64,000 nucleotides of DNA from a virus, in IMG/VR virus record IMGVR_UViG_3300042154_001567, positions 1-64,000 of that record. One strand, written 5' to 3'. Shown piece after piece: positions 1 through 8,449 of this stretch (positions are counted from its first letter, which is position 1; each line of letters opens with the position of its first letter). The translations under genes and the position numbers were made by a program. Below the pieces are notes generated by a model, which was not told the origin of the DNA, ran no database searches, and worked only from the letters and a program-made list of their open reading frames with translations.

Positions 1-108
1 TGGCTCTTCCCATTCGGTAACAATACAATATCTACCAAAACAAGGTTCATCAAATCCTAATTCTTTTAAAGCTAATGCTTCTTGGTATGGCATAAATTCT
101 TTTTCCAT
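1..108 (-). CDS. Small phage hypothetical protein (runs off window start)
   Basis: Read manually: MEKEFMPYQEALALKELGFDEPCFGRY..., with an A-rich leader. Not in the ORF track. Confidence 0.7.
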   Translation of the reverse strand, partial: MEKEFMPYQEALALKELGFDEPCFGRYCIVTEWEEP

Positions 109-130
109 TTTGTTTGTTGTTTAAAAGGTT

Positions 131-463
131 TTGTTAAATGTTTTTTTGGTGCTTGTTAAATATTTTAAATTTTTCAATATATTTCATACTAAAATAGTGC
201 ATTAAAACAGAACCAGTAACAGACCCTACTAAATAAGTAATTAAAATTGGTAAATTTTTAAAATTAGTTACTACTTGCTGAATTACAAGTAACCATACAC
301 CATTACTAATTAAACTTGAAATTGTATGGAATAAAAGACTATTACTATTTCTTGCTCTACTAACTAAAGTAAAACTTGCATTTTGTAGCATTGTTAATGC
401 AAACATTATTAATATTTCTTTTGTCATTTGTTAAATGTTTTTTTTGTACTTGTTAAATGTTTT
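131..463. repeat. Imperfect ~35-bp direct repeat flanking the 134..427 gene
   Basis: ttgttaaatgtttttttggtgcttgttaaatattt (131) vs ttgttaaatgttttttttgtacttgttaaatgttt (428). Confidence 0.7.
134..427 (-). CDS. Small multi-pass membrane protein
   Basis: 97 aa with about three hydrophobic segments. Confidence 0.7.
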   Translation of the reverse strand: MTKEILIMFALTMLQNASFTLVSRARNSNSLLFHTISSLISNGVWLLVIQQVVTNFKNLPILITYLVGSVTGSVLMHYFSMKYIEKFKIFNKHQKNI

Positions 464-579
464 AGTAAAGTTTCATGCACTTTGTCCAGTTAATTCATTA
501 ATAAACAGGACATTAGAGCCCTTGTAATATCTATATCTATTGGATTGTGTTAATTCCACCTACTGGTATTTGTTAATTG

Positions 580-682
580 TAGTCAGGACAGGATTTGAAC
601 ATGTAAAAGGAGACCCGTATCTCTTTCTTTGTGCTCGCGGTTTTAAGTGTTAACCTTGCGTCTACCATTCCGCCACTTGACT
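580..682 (-). tRNA. Aberrant tRNA-like element (Leu-like D arm, irregular anticodon/variable region)
   Basis: Reverse complement: AGTCAAG TG GCGGAATGGTAGACGC ... ACATG TTCAAAT CCTGT CCTGACT A. Acceptor and T stems each have one mismatch; 103 nt; no encoded CCA. Confidence 0.65.
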
Positions 683-687
683 AGATT

Positions 688-849
688 TTAATAATTCCAG
701 TTAGTTTTATCTATTTTATGCCCATTAACTAAGCAATCAAATACATAATTCCATTTTTTAGTTTTAGTAATATAATCTATTAAAATTTGGCTAAAGCCTA
801 AAGATCTAGAGCCGTTTTTGGTTTTCATTACAATATCTAATACTTTCAT
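688..849 (-). CDS. 53-aa hypothetical protein between the tRNA-like elements
   Basis: Read manually: MKVLDIVMKTKNGSRSLGFSQILIDY...NWNY*, with a poly-A leader. Confidence 0.55.
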   Translation of the reverse strand: MKVLDIVMKTKNGSRSLGFSQILIDYITKTKKWNYVFDCLVNGHKIDKTNWNY

Positions 850-888
850 TGTTTTTTTTTTAAATTGTGTGTAATTCTGTTTTTATTG

Positions 889-967
889 TAGTCAGGGCCG
901 GACTCGAACCGGATAAACAACCATTTTATTGGACTTGGGCACCATCCCGCATTACGCCCACCTGACT
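889..967 (-). tRNA. Aberrant tRNA-like element with no canonical anticodon arm
   Basis: Reverse complement has a perfect acceptor stem AGTCAGG/CCTGACT and T arm CCGG TTCGAGT CCGG; the central part is non-canonical. Confidence 0.65.
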
Positions 968-1223
968 ATATAACACCCTATTCTATCCAACTACAGGTGT
1001 TAAGGCTGTCCCCATCACTGGGTTAGGAATAAACTTATTTAAATTAGATAGTCAATCTAAATAGAACCTTGTCCTATTAGCAGTTCCATATGAGGAATCA
1101 CCTCACTTCTCATCATATTGGACATACTATTTGGTAATGAGCCAAACCGTTTCATTAAATCATAATACAAATATAAAGTTTAATTATATTGTATCAATCA
1201 TTTTAAGTTTAAATTCTTTTAGT

Positions 1224-1493
1224 TTAATGTCTACTATCTGAAAAACCTAATTCAACAGCATCAGTAGGATTAGTTTCTATCCAAGTATGACAATTTCTGC
1301 ATACTGGTAACCAAGTGGTGGTATCTAACTGATACTTTCCTCTTCCTTTTTTGTGATGAACATCTGTTGCATGCAAAGAACACTTATGGATCTTTGCATG
1401 ACAAATTGGATGTTGTGTTAAATAAACTTTGCGTATTTTAGAATACTCAGAGTTAGTCTTTGATAACTTGACTGATACTTTTTTGATTGTCAT
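1224..1493 (-). CDS. HNH-type Zn-binding endonuclease-like protein
   Basis: C..C, DVHHKKGRG and W.PVCRNCH motifs. Confidence 0.7.
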   Translation of the reverse strand: MTIKKVSVKLSKTNSEYSKIRKVYLTQHPICHAKIHKCSLHATDVHHKKGRGKYQLDTTTWLPVCRNCHTWIETNPTDAVELGFSDSRH

Positions 1494-2007
1494 TTGCTTT
1501 GAGTGTAAAAAAATTCTTTGGCAATAGGCCTTTAGACATAAATCTTAAGATTACATCTTCATAACTAATACCTAAATCTTTTAATGACAACGTGTTGTTG
1601 TAATCTTCCATTACTTCATCTTCTGGTACAGAAATGATATATTCTGCTGTTGGTCCATGAAATGTTGCACGAAAGAAGTCATTAACTCTTTTATTACAGA
1701 TAATTTGTTTCCAAGCATTTATCTCTCTTTGAGATCTTCTCCATACTTTAGATATTCTTCTTTTTTTATCCCAGTGTAGAGTTTCAATTTCTTCTTTGGT
1801 ATACACGTTAAGGCCGTGTAATACTCTTTTAAATAAGAAGTGTTGATAGGAATTCAACTTACTGTAACTTAAGTTATTAATGATTGATGCTGGATGTAAT
1901 TGGTATTCTTCCAATAATCCATAATACTGATACCGTGATTCACGGAGACTGATGAGTCTTACTGATTCATCTGTTTGGAGCTGAGTTAATTGTTCTTGAG
2001 ATAGCAT
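1453..2007 (-). CDS. Hypothetical protein
   Basis: 184-aa ORF in the operon, A-rich leader. Confidence 0.75.
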   Translation of the reverse strand: MLSQEQLTQLQTDESVRLISLRESRYQYYGLLEEYQLHPASIINNLSYSKLNSYQHFLFKRVLHGLNVYTKEEIETLHWDKKRRISKVWRRSQREINAWKQIICNKRVNDFFRATFHGPTAEYIISVPEDEVMEDYNNTLSLKDLGISYEDVILRFMSKGLLPKNFFTLKANDNQKSISQVIKD

Positions 2008-2114
2008 ACATGTTTTGTTATGAGGTTTTAAGTGTGTAACATAAAATAATAAAAAGGCTATTAAGTTTTATTTAATTTCCTCTGATGGAAAACCTTTTAT
2101 ATTATATTGGAAAA

Positions 2115-2696
2115 TTAAAGTTCAAAAGTATCTTCTTCTACAAGATCTAACTCTTCAACTTCACTAGATTCTACATCATCAAATGATGAAGCAGCTTCTT
2201 CTTTTACATTAATACCAAATGATTGTGCTGATGTAGCCACATCAACTTTAACTGATGTTTTCTTTAACATTGAACCACCACCATTAGCATCTTTGATATC
2301 TTGACCATTTGTATGAGCAATTAATACATCTTCTGCAGCTGAATCAGTTACATAAAATGTTTTCCTATAAATAGGTTGACCATCTTGACAACAAATAATA
2401 CCGGTATTACCTGCATATTTAAAATCTCTATCTGGATCTGTGCTACTGAATGGTTCAAATGATTCTCTTACTATAATTTTACCGGGTAATGATTTAGTAT
2501 TTTCAAGACCTAAGCTTTGTAAATCTTCTAAATTACCATGTAATAATGTACTTAATACGGATTTCTTAACCCAACCTGTGTTGCCAAAGGTTACTCTTTC
2601 TTGTTGTAATCTTACGTGACCAAATTCTGAATTGGTACTAGACTGACGGATAACATTTCCCATGTCATCAGCAATGATGTTTACTTTACTTTGCAT
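2115..2696 (-). CDS. Hypothetical protein, possibly ssDNA-binding
   Basis: Beta-rich N-terminus and acidic tail ending EEDTFEL, as in phage SSBs. Function is inference. Confidence 0.55.
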   Translation of the reverse strand: MQSKVNIIADDMGNVIRQSSTNSEFGHVRLQQERVTFGNTGWVKKSVLSTLLHGNLEDLQSLGLENTKSLPGKIIVRESFEPFSSTDPDRDFKYAGNTGIICCQDGQPIYRKTFYVTDSAAEDVLIAHTNGQDIKDANGGGSMLKKTSVKVDVATSAQSFGINVKEEAASSFDDVESSEVEELDLVEEDTFEL

Positions 2697-2748
2697 TTTT
2701 TTTTTGGTTTTTGATTGTGAATAATAAATGATTTGATGTATCTATGAA

Positions 2749-3042
2749 TTAGATATCATCTGAGTGGAAATCTGAGTCTTCCATTTTATCATTATATTCT
2801 ATCTCATCCAATTCCGGTTCATGTTCTATGATTAATTCATCAAGAATTTCTTCTAATGTTTCATCATCAACATCTAATGGAATATGGACTGGTTTAGAAA
2901 ATGAATTATAAAATGGATCACCCACTTCTTTTGTATAACCTGCACTAAGACCGTTTAATTCTCTAACTTCATCATCAGACAAAGATAGATACTGCTCTAC
3001 TGAGCATTCAATTATACGTCCGTTTGGCAATTGTATTATCAT
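2749..3042 (-). CDS. Small acidic hypothetical protein
   Basis: 97 aa, very acidic C-terminal half; upstream TACATTTG element on the minus strand (~3072-3079). Confidence 0.7.
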   Translation of the reverse strand: MIIQLPNGRIIECSVEQYLSLSDDEVRELNGLSAGYTKEVGDPFYNSFSKPVHIPLDVDDETLEEILDELIIEHEPELDEIEYNDKMEDSDFHSDDI

Positions 3043-3162
3043 TTATTGTTTATTTACTAAAAGTAGACTAACAAATGTATAATAATAAAACTGTTATTTG
3101 GAGCATAATTATTCTTATTTGGTGTTAATACAAAATATAAAGAGCATATATATAGCTAACGT

Positions 3163-3414
3163 TTATTTAATTATTAGCTTTCTACCTACTCTTTTTATGT
3201 AATTACATGTTTTTAGTTCCTTAATCAATCTGTTTGTAGATGATTGACTTATATTTAAGTCATCTGATAGTGTGGAGATTGATGGCCAACATGTTCTTTC
3301 TTTGTTTGCATAACAAGCAAGCATTGAATACAAAGCTTTTGCTTGCACGGATAAATTTGGATCTGAAATTACTTCATATGCAACTATTCCAAATCTATTT
3401 GATTTCTTGGACAT
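3163..3414 (-). CDS. Winged helix-turn-helix DNA-binding protein
   Basis: LSVQAKALY..L..YAN....CWPSISTLSDDLNISQSSTNRLIKEL...YI, the replication-initiator-type wHTH pattern. Confidence 0.8.
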   Translation of the reverse strand: MSKKSNRFGIVAYEVISDPNLSVQAKALYSMLACYANKERTCWPSISTLSDDLNISQSSTNRLIKELKTCNYIKRVGRKLIIK

Positions 3415-3610
3415 GATCTCTCATGATTAATAAGAGTGCTATGTTATGATCTGTTTCATTAGAAAGAGCTTCATTTAAAAAAGCATACTTGTCATTCATG
3501 TATTTACCAAAGTCTGGTATTTTAGCATTTGGTACAGAATCCGTTGATTTTTTTAAGCCTAACCAATTATCTGATTCTATTTTTAATAAGGGCATTGAAA
3601 TTTTTGACAT
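3395..3610 (-). CDS. Hypothetical protein
   Basis: 71-aa ORF tightly packed in the operon. Confidence 0.65.
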   Translation of the reverse strand: MSKISMPLLKIESDNWLGLKKSTDSVPNAKIPDFGKYMNDKYAFLNEALSNETDHNIALLLIMRDHVQEIK

Positions 3611-3612
3611 AA

Positions 3613-4137
3613 TTACATAAGTTCTAAGGTTAATTGATTTACGGTTGATTGTTCTATTGCTGATTTACTAAAGTAAGGGATATCTAACTTGTTTATTTTA
3701 ACTAATTCCAATGGAGTTGCATTCTTTTCAACAAGTTTTATTTGAAAATTTTCATCATGATAATAAAGATTTACTTTAAGTTCTCTATACATAGGATTGT
3801 AATCTGAAGATGACCAAGATGTATCACCAGTTACATAACCATAAACATTATCTTCATCATCAGATAAACCCATATCACGTAATATATCTGGCTCATATTG
3901 CTTTGACATATCATATCTTATGGGTTTCATCTTAAAATGATCATTAATAGCTAATGGTTCATAATAATCATCAGTTATAGTTAAATGAATAATTTGTTCT
4001 ACTGAATGTTTTGGTAGTTCTTTAAGTAGAATTTTACCAATTACATCTTTGTTTTCAGAGTTTGTAATACTCTCAGAGTTTATTAAGTTAAGAAATACTT
4101 TATTAAGTAGATCTTCTGATATGCTATATGTATCCAT
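3613..4137 (-). CDS. Hypothetical protein
   Basis: 174-aa ORF. Confidence 0.75.
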   Translation of the reverse strand: MDTYSISEDLLNKVFLNLINSESITNSENKDVIGKILLKELPKHSVEQIIHLTITDDYYEPLAINDHFKMKPIRYDMSKQYEPDILRDMGLSDDEDNVYGYVTGDTSWSSSDYNPMYRELKVNLYYHDENFQIKLVEKNATPLELVKINKLDIPYFSKSAIEQSTVNQLTLELM

Positions 4138-4297
4138 AATTAATTTTTAGATGAATAAAGCGACCCAGCATACAAAACAAGGTATGAACAGAAAAAAGAT
4201 GCTGAGTCACTATTATTCAATGGTTTTACAAGGCCTAACTACTAGTATAATAATATATAATATTACTGGTACTGTTAGTGTATCACCCGTGGTAGTT

Positions 4298-4669
4298 TTA
4301 AAATTTGTTTTCTTGTTTTAAATGATTGCCTTTTGGTTTTAATTTTGCAAATAATCCTTTGTAATTAAACTCAATACCAACACATCCTATTAGTAGTTGA
4401 ATAAGTCCTGCATCATCATGTGCTATAAAAACACCAAATGCCTTTACAATACTTATGTGAAATCTACTTGAGATTGTGGTTTTACTCATATGATGAGAGT
4501 AAAAGATGGCGTTGTATAATACAAACAACAAGGCAAGATGCCAAAGTATTATGTATAATACACTTAAATTGAATAGTTCTTTTATGTTATGTACATACAA
4601 GAATGCTGCTATTAATGGAATAGCAACAACAACTAAGAATTTGATTGTTTTTTTTATGATTTGTTTCAT
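4298..4669 (-). CDS. Membrane protein
   Basis: At least two hydrophobic helices. Confidence 0.7.
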   Translation of the reverse strand: MKQIIKKTIKFLVVVAIPLIAAFLYVHNIKELFNLSVLYIILWHLALLFVLYNAIFYSHHMSKTTISSRFHISIVKAFGVFIAHDDAGLIQLLIGCVGIEFNYKGLFAKLKPKGNHLKQENKF

Positions 4670-4693
4670 GATTTTTAAGTGATTAAAGGTTAA

Positions 4694-4722
4694 ACCTACC
4701 GTAACCTTAGATTACGATAGGT
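4694..4722 (-). terminator. Intergenic hairpin (terminator or processing site)
   Basis: ACCTATCGTAA/TTACGGTAGGT stem; the G-U pair forms on the minus strand. Confidence 0.5.
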
Positions 4723-4727
4723 ATTAA

Positions 4728-5012
4728 TTAGTTAAAATTAGAGTAATACTCAATGTAGTCCTCAGTTTCATCATCATGATGGATTTCTACCAGATTATTA
4801 TCTTCTGCTAGTTCTCTTAAGTGTTCATCAGCAAGAATAGCATCTCTAATTTCTTCAATTGAGGCTGTTTCTACTTGATTACGATCTACTTTGAGATGCT
4901 TGTGACCAGTAAAGAAGTTAATTTCTTTTGAGTTCTCTTCTGTGTAAAGCATGATTCCAATTTGTGATTTGTACTGTGTGAATACTTCTGGTTTTAAAAT
5001 GATTGCGTTCAT
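4728..5012 (-). CDS. Small acidic hypothetical protein
   Basis: 94-aa ORF. Confidence 0.7.
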   Translation of the reverse strand: MNAIILKPEVFTQYKSQIGIMLYTEENSKEINFFTGHKHLKVDRNQVETASIEEIRDAILADEHLRELAEDNNLVEIHHDDETEDYIEYYSNFN

Positions 5013-5013
5013 A

Positions 5014-5259
5014 TTATTTTTGGTTAAGGGTTTGTTTGTCTGTTTCTTGATAAGGGTCTGGTAAATATAACTTATTTTGATACCAAATACAAAAAGGTTT
5101 ACCTAATGTATCAGTAACAACTCTACATGTATCTATTCTTACGATGTGATTGTATTCAGGTTGATTGACTACAATTCTATTGTATTGTGTTTTAACTATA
5201 CCAATTATGATATAGTTAAAGAACACAACAACAACAATAATTAATAATTTAGTCTTCAT
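5014..5259 (-). CDS. Membrane-anchored small protein
   Basis: N-terminal hydrophobic helix. Confidence 0.65.
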   Translation of the reverse strand: MKTKLLIIVVVVFFNYIIIGIVKTQYNRIVVNQPEYNHIVRIDTCRVVTDTLGKPFCIWYQNKLYLPDPYQETDKQTLNQK

Positions 5260-5461
5260 ATTTATATGAGTTATCTAGATCTATACCAACTATAACTGCA
5301 GGTATCCATCCAAATATAAACATAAATAGAAGTGTGCCACCAGTAGTAGCAGCAGTTCTTAAGTCTTCTATATCTGTTAACAGATAAGCAAGATAGGCTA
5401 TTGAAAGCCATGTGATCAGGAATGTTACTATAATAGCAACCATGATAATTGTGTTTTTCAT
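5249..5461 (-). CDS. Two-TM small membrane protein
   Basis: Two hydrophobic helices. Confidence 0.7.
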   Translation of the reverse strand: MKNTIIMVAIIVTFLITWLSIAYLAYLLTDIEDLRTAATTGGTLLFMFIFGWIPAVIVGIDLDNSYKYED

Positions 5462-5483
5462 ATTGTTTTTGTTTTAAAGGTTA

Positions 5484-5515
5484 AAAATAGCAGGAGTTAT
5501 TACCTAAACCCCTGC
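5484..5515 (-). terminator. Putative terminator hairpin
   Basis: Reverse complement GCAGGGGTT...AACTCCTGC followed by TATTTTT. Confidence 0.5.
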
Positions 5516-5519
5516 AAGA

Positions 5520-5745
5520 AAATTGGATTGTTTCAGGCCTTGCACCTTCTTGGGAGCATATAAACCTCCAGTCTTTGTTTCTACATCTGCTAAATGTATT
5601 TGGATGTTTCATAGTGAACATCTAAGCTGCATTGTTGCATCACCGCTTATGCTATGGTTCCTTGAATAAATCCAAGGCTTTGAGTTACATATTTAAATGT
5701 AGACTCAATATTTTAATAAGACTCCGGGTGATATGGCTCTTATCC
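5520..5745 (-). ncRNA. Candidate structured ncRNA (about seven tandem hairpins)
   Basis: Consecutive stem-loops in a non-coding stretch; G-U pairs consistent with the minus strand. Confidence 0.45.
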
Positions 5746-6123
5746 TATAGAGAGAGAAGACAATAATATAAGAGAGGAAGAAGACTATGTCCAATTACTG
5801 CTGTAAGTATTGTTAGCTATATATATAATAAGAGTTCTAATGATTCTTACCTTTGTAATTAGAGTGTGGATTTGGTCCTATAAGATCACCCACTTAAACA
5901 TCAACACACAAATTAATACAAATTTCCCTGGAATAAATAGATTTAAGCACAATTAGTAACCTTGGTGCAACAATTAGCTGGGGAGCAGACTGAGGCTGTG
6001 CGAAGCGCAGCAGCTGGAGAGCAGAAAGGTATGCGTAGTAGCTGTTAGGCAGAAGAATTAGTAACACTTGCAATAGTATGCGTAGTGCCCCTCTTGAAAA
6101 ACAGGATAATTAGTAACTTAATT

Positions 6124-6154
6124 AAAAGAGAGGAGCTGTTACACTCCTCTCTTT
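6124..6154 (-). terminator. Intrinsic terminator after the 6164..6493 gene
   Basis: AAAGAGAGGAG ctgttaca CTCCTCTCTTT perfect stem with A/T flanks. Confidence 0.75.
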
Positions 6155-6163
6155 GTTCTGATG

Positions 6164-6493
6164 TTACACAGCCTCAATCCACATTAGGGTTGTTAGCTCA
6201 CCAGTTTGAATATCAACCACAGGGTTGTTACTCAATTGAAATCCTGGCATCTCATCACCAGCATTTAATTTCTTTTGCAAGGCAGCAATAGTTGGATGAT
6301 TAGCCTTCATTACCTGATTTGTTTCAGGGTCAATAAGGCTTAATACACCAAATACTACACTACCTTGAGTACGTGTTCCCACGTTCATTCCAGCAAGTGT
6401 AGTTTGCTTGCTGGTAATAGGTTTGTCCGTAGCAATGATTGTGGCTGTGCCAGTTGTTTCATTGATACGTAATTTTCTGAAGAAAACGCTCAT
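6164..6493 (-). CDS. Hypothetical protein, first gene of the leftward block
   Basis: Likely start MSVFFRKL at 6493 (AT-rich leader); the 6598 start runs through the repeat region. Confidence 0.7.
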   Translation of the reverse strand: MSVFFRKLRINETTGTATIIATDKPITSKQTTLAGMNVGTRTQGSVVFGVLSLIDPETNQVMKANHPTIAALQKKLNAGDEMPGFQLSNNPVVDIQTGELTTLMWIEAV

Positions 6494-6741
6494 AATATTA
6501 TATTTTAATTGTTTTGGGTACCACAGACGCGGGGGTACCCTCACCGCAAAAATTAGCTGGGGAGCAATTTGGTAGTAGGTACCACCAATGCAATACACAT
6601 AACATTTAAAAAAACTATTATTTTTTTTGGGGACAAAAAATTTTTTTGAGTTACCGTGATAAGGTTGTGTAAAAATTATTTTACCTTTACAAAAGGATTT
6701 TGTATATTAATGATATAAACACAACACAAATAAAATAACTA

Positions 6742-7719
6742 ATGAATAGTACGTTACAGGATATAATGGGAATGATTGCTAAGCGCAAGATAAAAGTTCC
6801 TACAGATAAAGACTACATAGTGGCTGCGGCATACACTGATACTCAAGAGGTGCTGAAGCCCCAACCAAAAATGGAAGCCAGTTTAATTAATATTGGTGCA
6901 CTAAAGAAATTTATTGGTACTGGAAATCAAGGTCCAACTGGAGCTACTGGCCCAACAGGTCCTCAAGGACCGCAAGGAGTTCAAGGTATACAAGGACAAA
7001 CTGGAGATCAAGGTCCTCAAGGATCTGCAGGTAACTCTGTAACTATACTTGGATCATATGCAAACTTAGCTGCATTTAATGCTGGAGCAGGAAGTTCACC
7101 TGGTGCTAATATAGGAGATGCATGGATACTTTTATCTGATGGTTCATTGATGAGCTGGAATGGTACAGTATGGTTTGACGCAGGAGATATAAAAGGACCT
7201 CAAGGTGAACAAGGACCGCAGGGTATTCAAGGAGTTCAGGGTATTCAAGGTATAAGTGGTACTTCTGGATTAGAAACTTATACAAGATATTCTCCAATTT
7301 TTCAAGCAACAGGAATGACTTTTACCGGAAGCGGGGCAACTTACCCTACGTATAATTCTTATTATATTAAATCAGGTTTGTTAGTTAGTTTTGTAATACA
7401 AATTGATTTTACAACAGTTACTAATTTTGGTACTGGTCAATATAAAGTCGCATTACCATTTGCTCCTGCTTTTGGATATAATCATTTTAATGGATGGATT
7501 TGGGCAGATCCTAATGTTGATCCAGACACAGGTACTGGACATACAATACTTAATGCAGACACTGCTGGTATTACAACTGTATTAGACTTACATTATTTAA
7601 AACAGTCTGGTGGAGCTAACTCTCCAATTAGAGAAGGATTATGGACACAAGCACTTCCTGTAACATTAACTTCAATTAGTAAAGCATATATTAACGGTAC
7701 TTATATTTGTACAACATAA
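6742..7719 (+). CDS. Collagen-repeat (Gly-X-Y) fibre/decoration protein
   Basis: Two GPQ/GIQ runs and a beta-rich C-terminal head domain. Confidence 0.8.
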   Translation: MNSTLQDIMGMIAKRKIKVPTDKDYIVAAAYTDTQEVLKPQPKMEASLINIGALKKFIGTGNQGPTGATGPTGPQGPQGVQGIQGQTGDQGPQGSAGNSVTILGSYANLAAFNAGAGSSPGANIGDAWILLSDGSLMSWNGTVWFDAGDIKGPQGEQGPQGIQGVQGIQGISGTSGLETYTRYSPIFQATGMTFTGSGATYPTYNSYYIKSGLLVSFVIQIDFTTVTNFGTGQYKVALPFAPAFGYNHFNGWIWADPNVDPDTGTGHTILNADTAGITTVLDLHYLKQSGGANSPIREGLWTQALPVTLTSISKAYINGTYICTT

Positions 7720-7726
7720 ATAAAAC

Positions 7727-8011
7727 ATGGCTATCAAAAAAGATTCTAGGTTAGCAAGTGCCGGAGTTGCTGGTTATAATAAACCAAAACGTACTCCGTC
7801 ACATCCAACTAAGTCACACGTAGTTGTGGCCAAAGAAGGAGATAATGTAAAGACTATTAGATTTGGTCAACAAGGCGTAAGTGGTGCTGGGGCAAATCCT
7901 ACTACAGCAGCAGGTAAAGCTAGACAGAAATCATTCAAAGCTAGACACGCATCAAATATTAGTAAAGGTAAAATGAGCGCAGCATACTGGGCTGATAAAG
8001 TTAAATGGTAA
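7727..8011 (+). CDS. Small basic protein (aquatic phage family)
   Basis: GYNKPKRTPSHPTKSHVVVAK..IRFGQQG..KSFKARH..SAAYWA..W. Confidence 0.75.
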   Translation: MAIKKDSRLASAGVAGYNKPKRTPSHPTKSHVVVAKEGDNVKTIRFGQQGVSGAGANPTTAAGKARQKSFKARHASNISKGKMSAAYWADKVKW

Positions 8012-8196
8012 TGGCAAAGGCAAAAGCAAAATCTACAGTAAACGCAGCCGGTAACTATACTAAACCAGGTATGCGTAAGAATCTCTTCAATAAGATTAAA
8101 GCAGGGAGTAAAGGTGGTGATCCAGGTGAGTGGTCTGCTCGTAAAGCACAACTACTTGCTGTTCAATATAAAAAAGCAGGGGGAGGCTATAAGTAA
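8011..8196 (+). CDS. Small basic protein, DUF5872-like N-terminal half
   Basis: YTKP.MR...KGG.PGEWSARKAQLLA..YKKAGGGY; probable start at TAATG overlap 8011. Confidence 0.7.
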   Translation: MAKAKAKSTVNAAGNYTKPGMRKNLFNKIKAGSKGGDPGEWSARKAQLLAVQYKKAGGGYK

Positions 8197-8432
8197 TGGC
8201 ATTAGCTAAATCACAACAGTCCTTAAAGAAATGGGGTAATGAGAAGTGGAAGACCTCAGACGGAAAACCGTCTAAAGGTAAGAAAAGATATTTGCCTTCT
8301 GCAGCGTGGGATGCATTAAGTGCTTCTGAGAAAGCAGCTACTAATAAAGCCAAGGCAGCAGGTAATGCCAAAGGAAAACAATTCGTAAAGCAACCAAAAT
8401 CCGTAGCTAAGAAAGCTGCAAAATATAGATAA
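8196..8432 (+). CDS. Small basic protein, DUF5872-like C-terminal half
   Basis: QQSLKKW..EKW.T....RYLP..AW..LS. Confidence 0.7.
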   Translation: MALAKSQQSLKKWGNEKWKTSDGKPSKGKKRYLPSAAWDALSASEKAATNKAKAAGNAKGKQFVKQPKSVAKKAAKYR

Positions 8433-8449
8433 CAAAAGGAGAAATAATA

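Larger units (their letters stand above)
5951..6583. repeat. Repeat cluster at the strand switch
   Basis: AATTAGCTGGGGAGCA at 5972 and 6551; AATTAGTAAC at 5951, 6056, 6108; GTATGCGTAGT at 6029, 6076; GGTACC at 6517, 6534, 6578. Confidence 0.8.

Noticed and set aside
968-1223. Additional ncRNA or ORF upstream of the tRNA-like pair
   Set aside because: Only weak hairpins and a 32-codon ORF without a good leader; probably a promoter/leader region (TATATTTG on the minus strand at ~1168-1175).
6085-6291. Plus-strand 68-aa ORF and the 6598 start for the 6164 gene
   Set aside because: It overlaps a terminator, the repeats and a better gene on the opposite strand; ATG 6493 has the typical leader.
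5940-6600. CRISPR mini-array (a Cas4-like nuclease lies at 12149)
   Set aside because: Repeats are 10-16 bp and irregularly spaced; the nuclease is a standalone phage PD-(D/E)XK enzyme with no cas operon.
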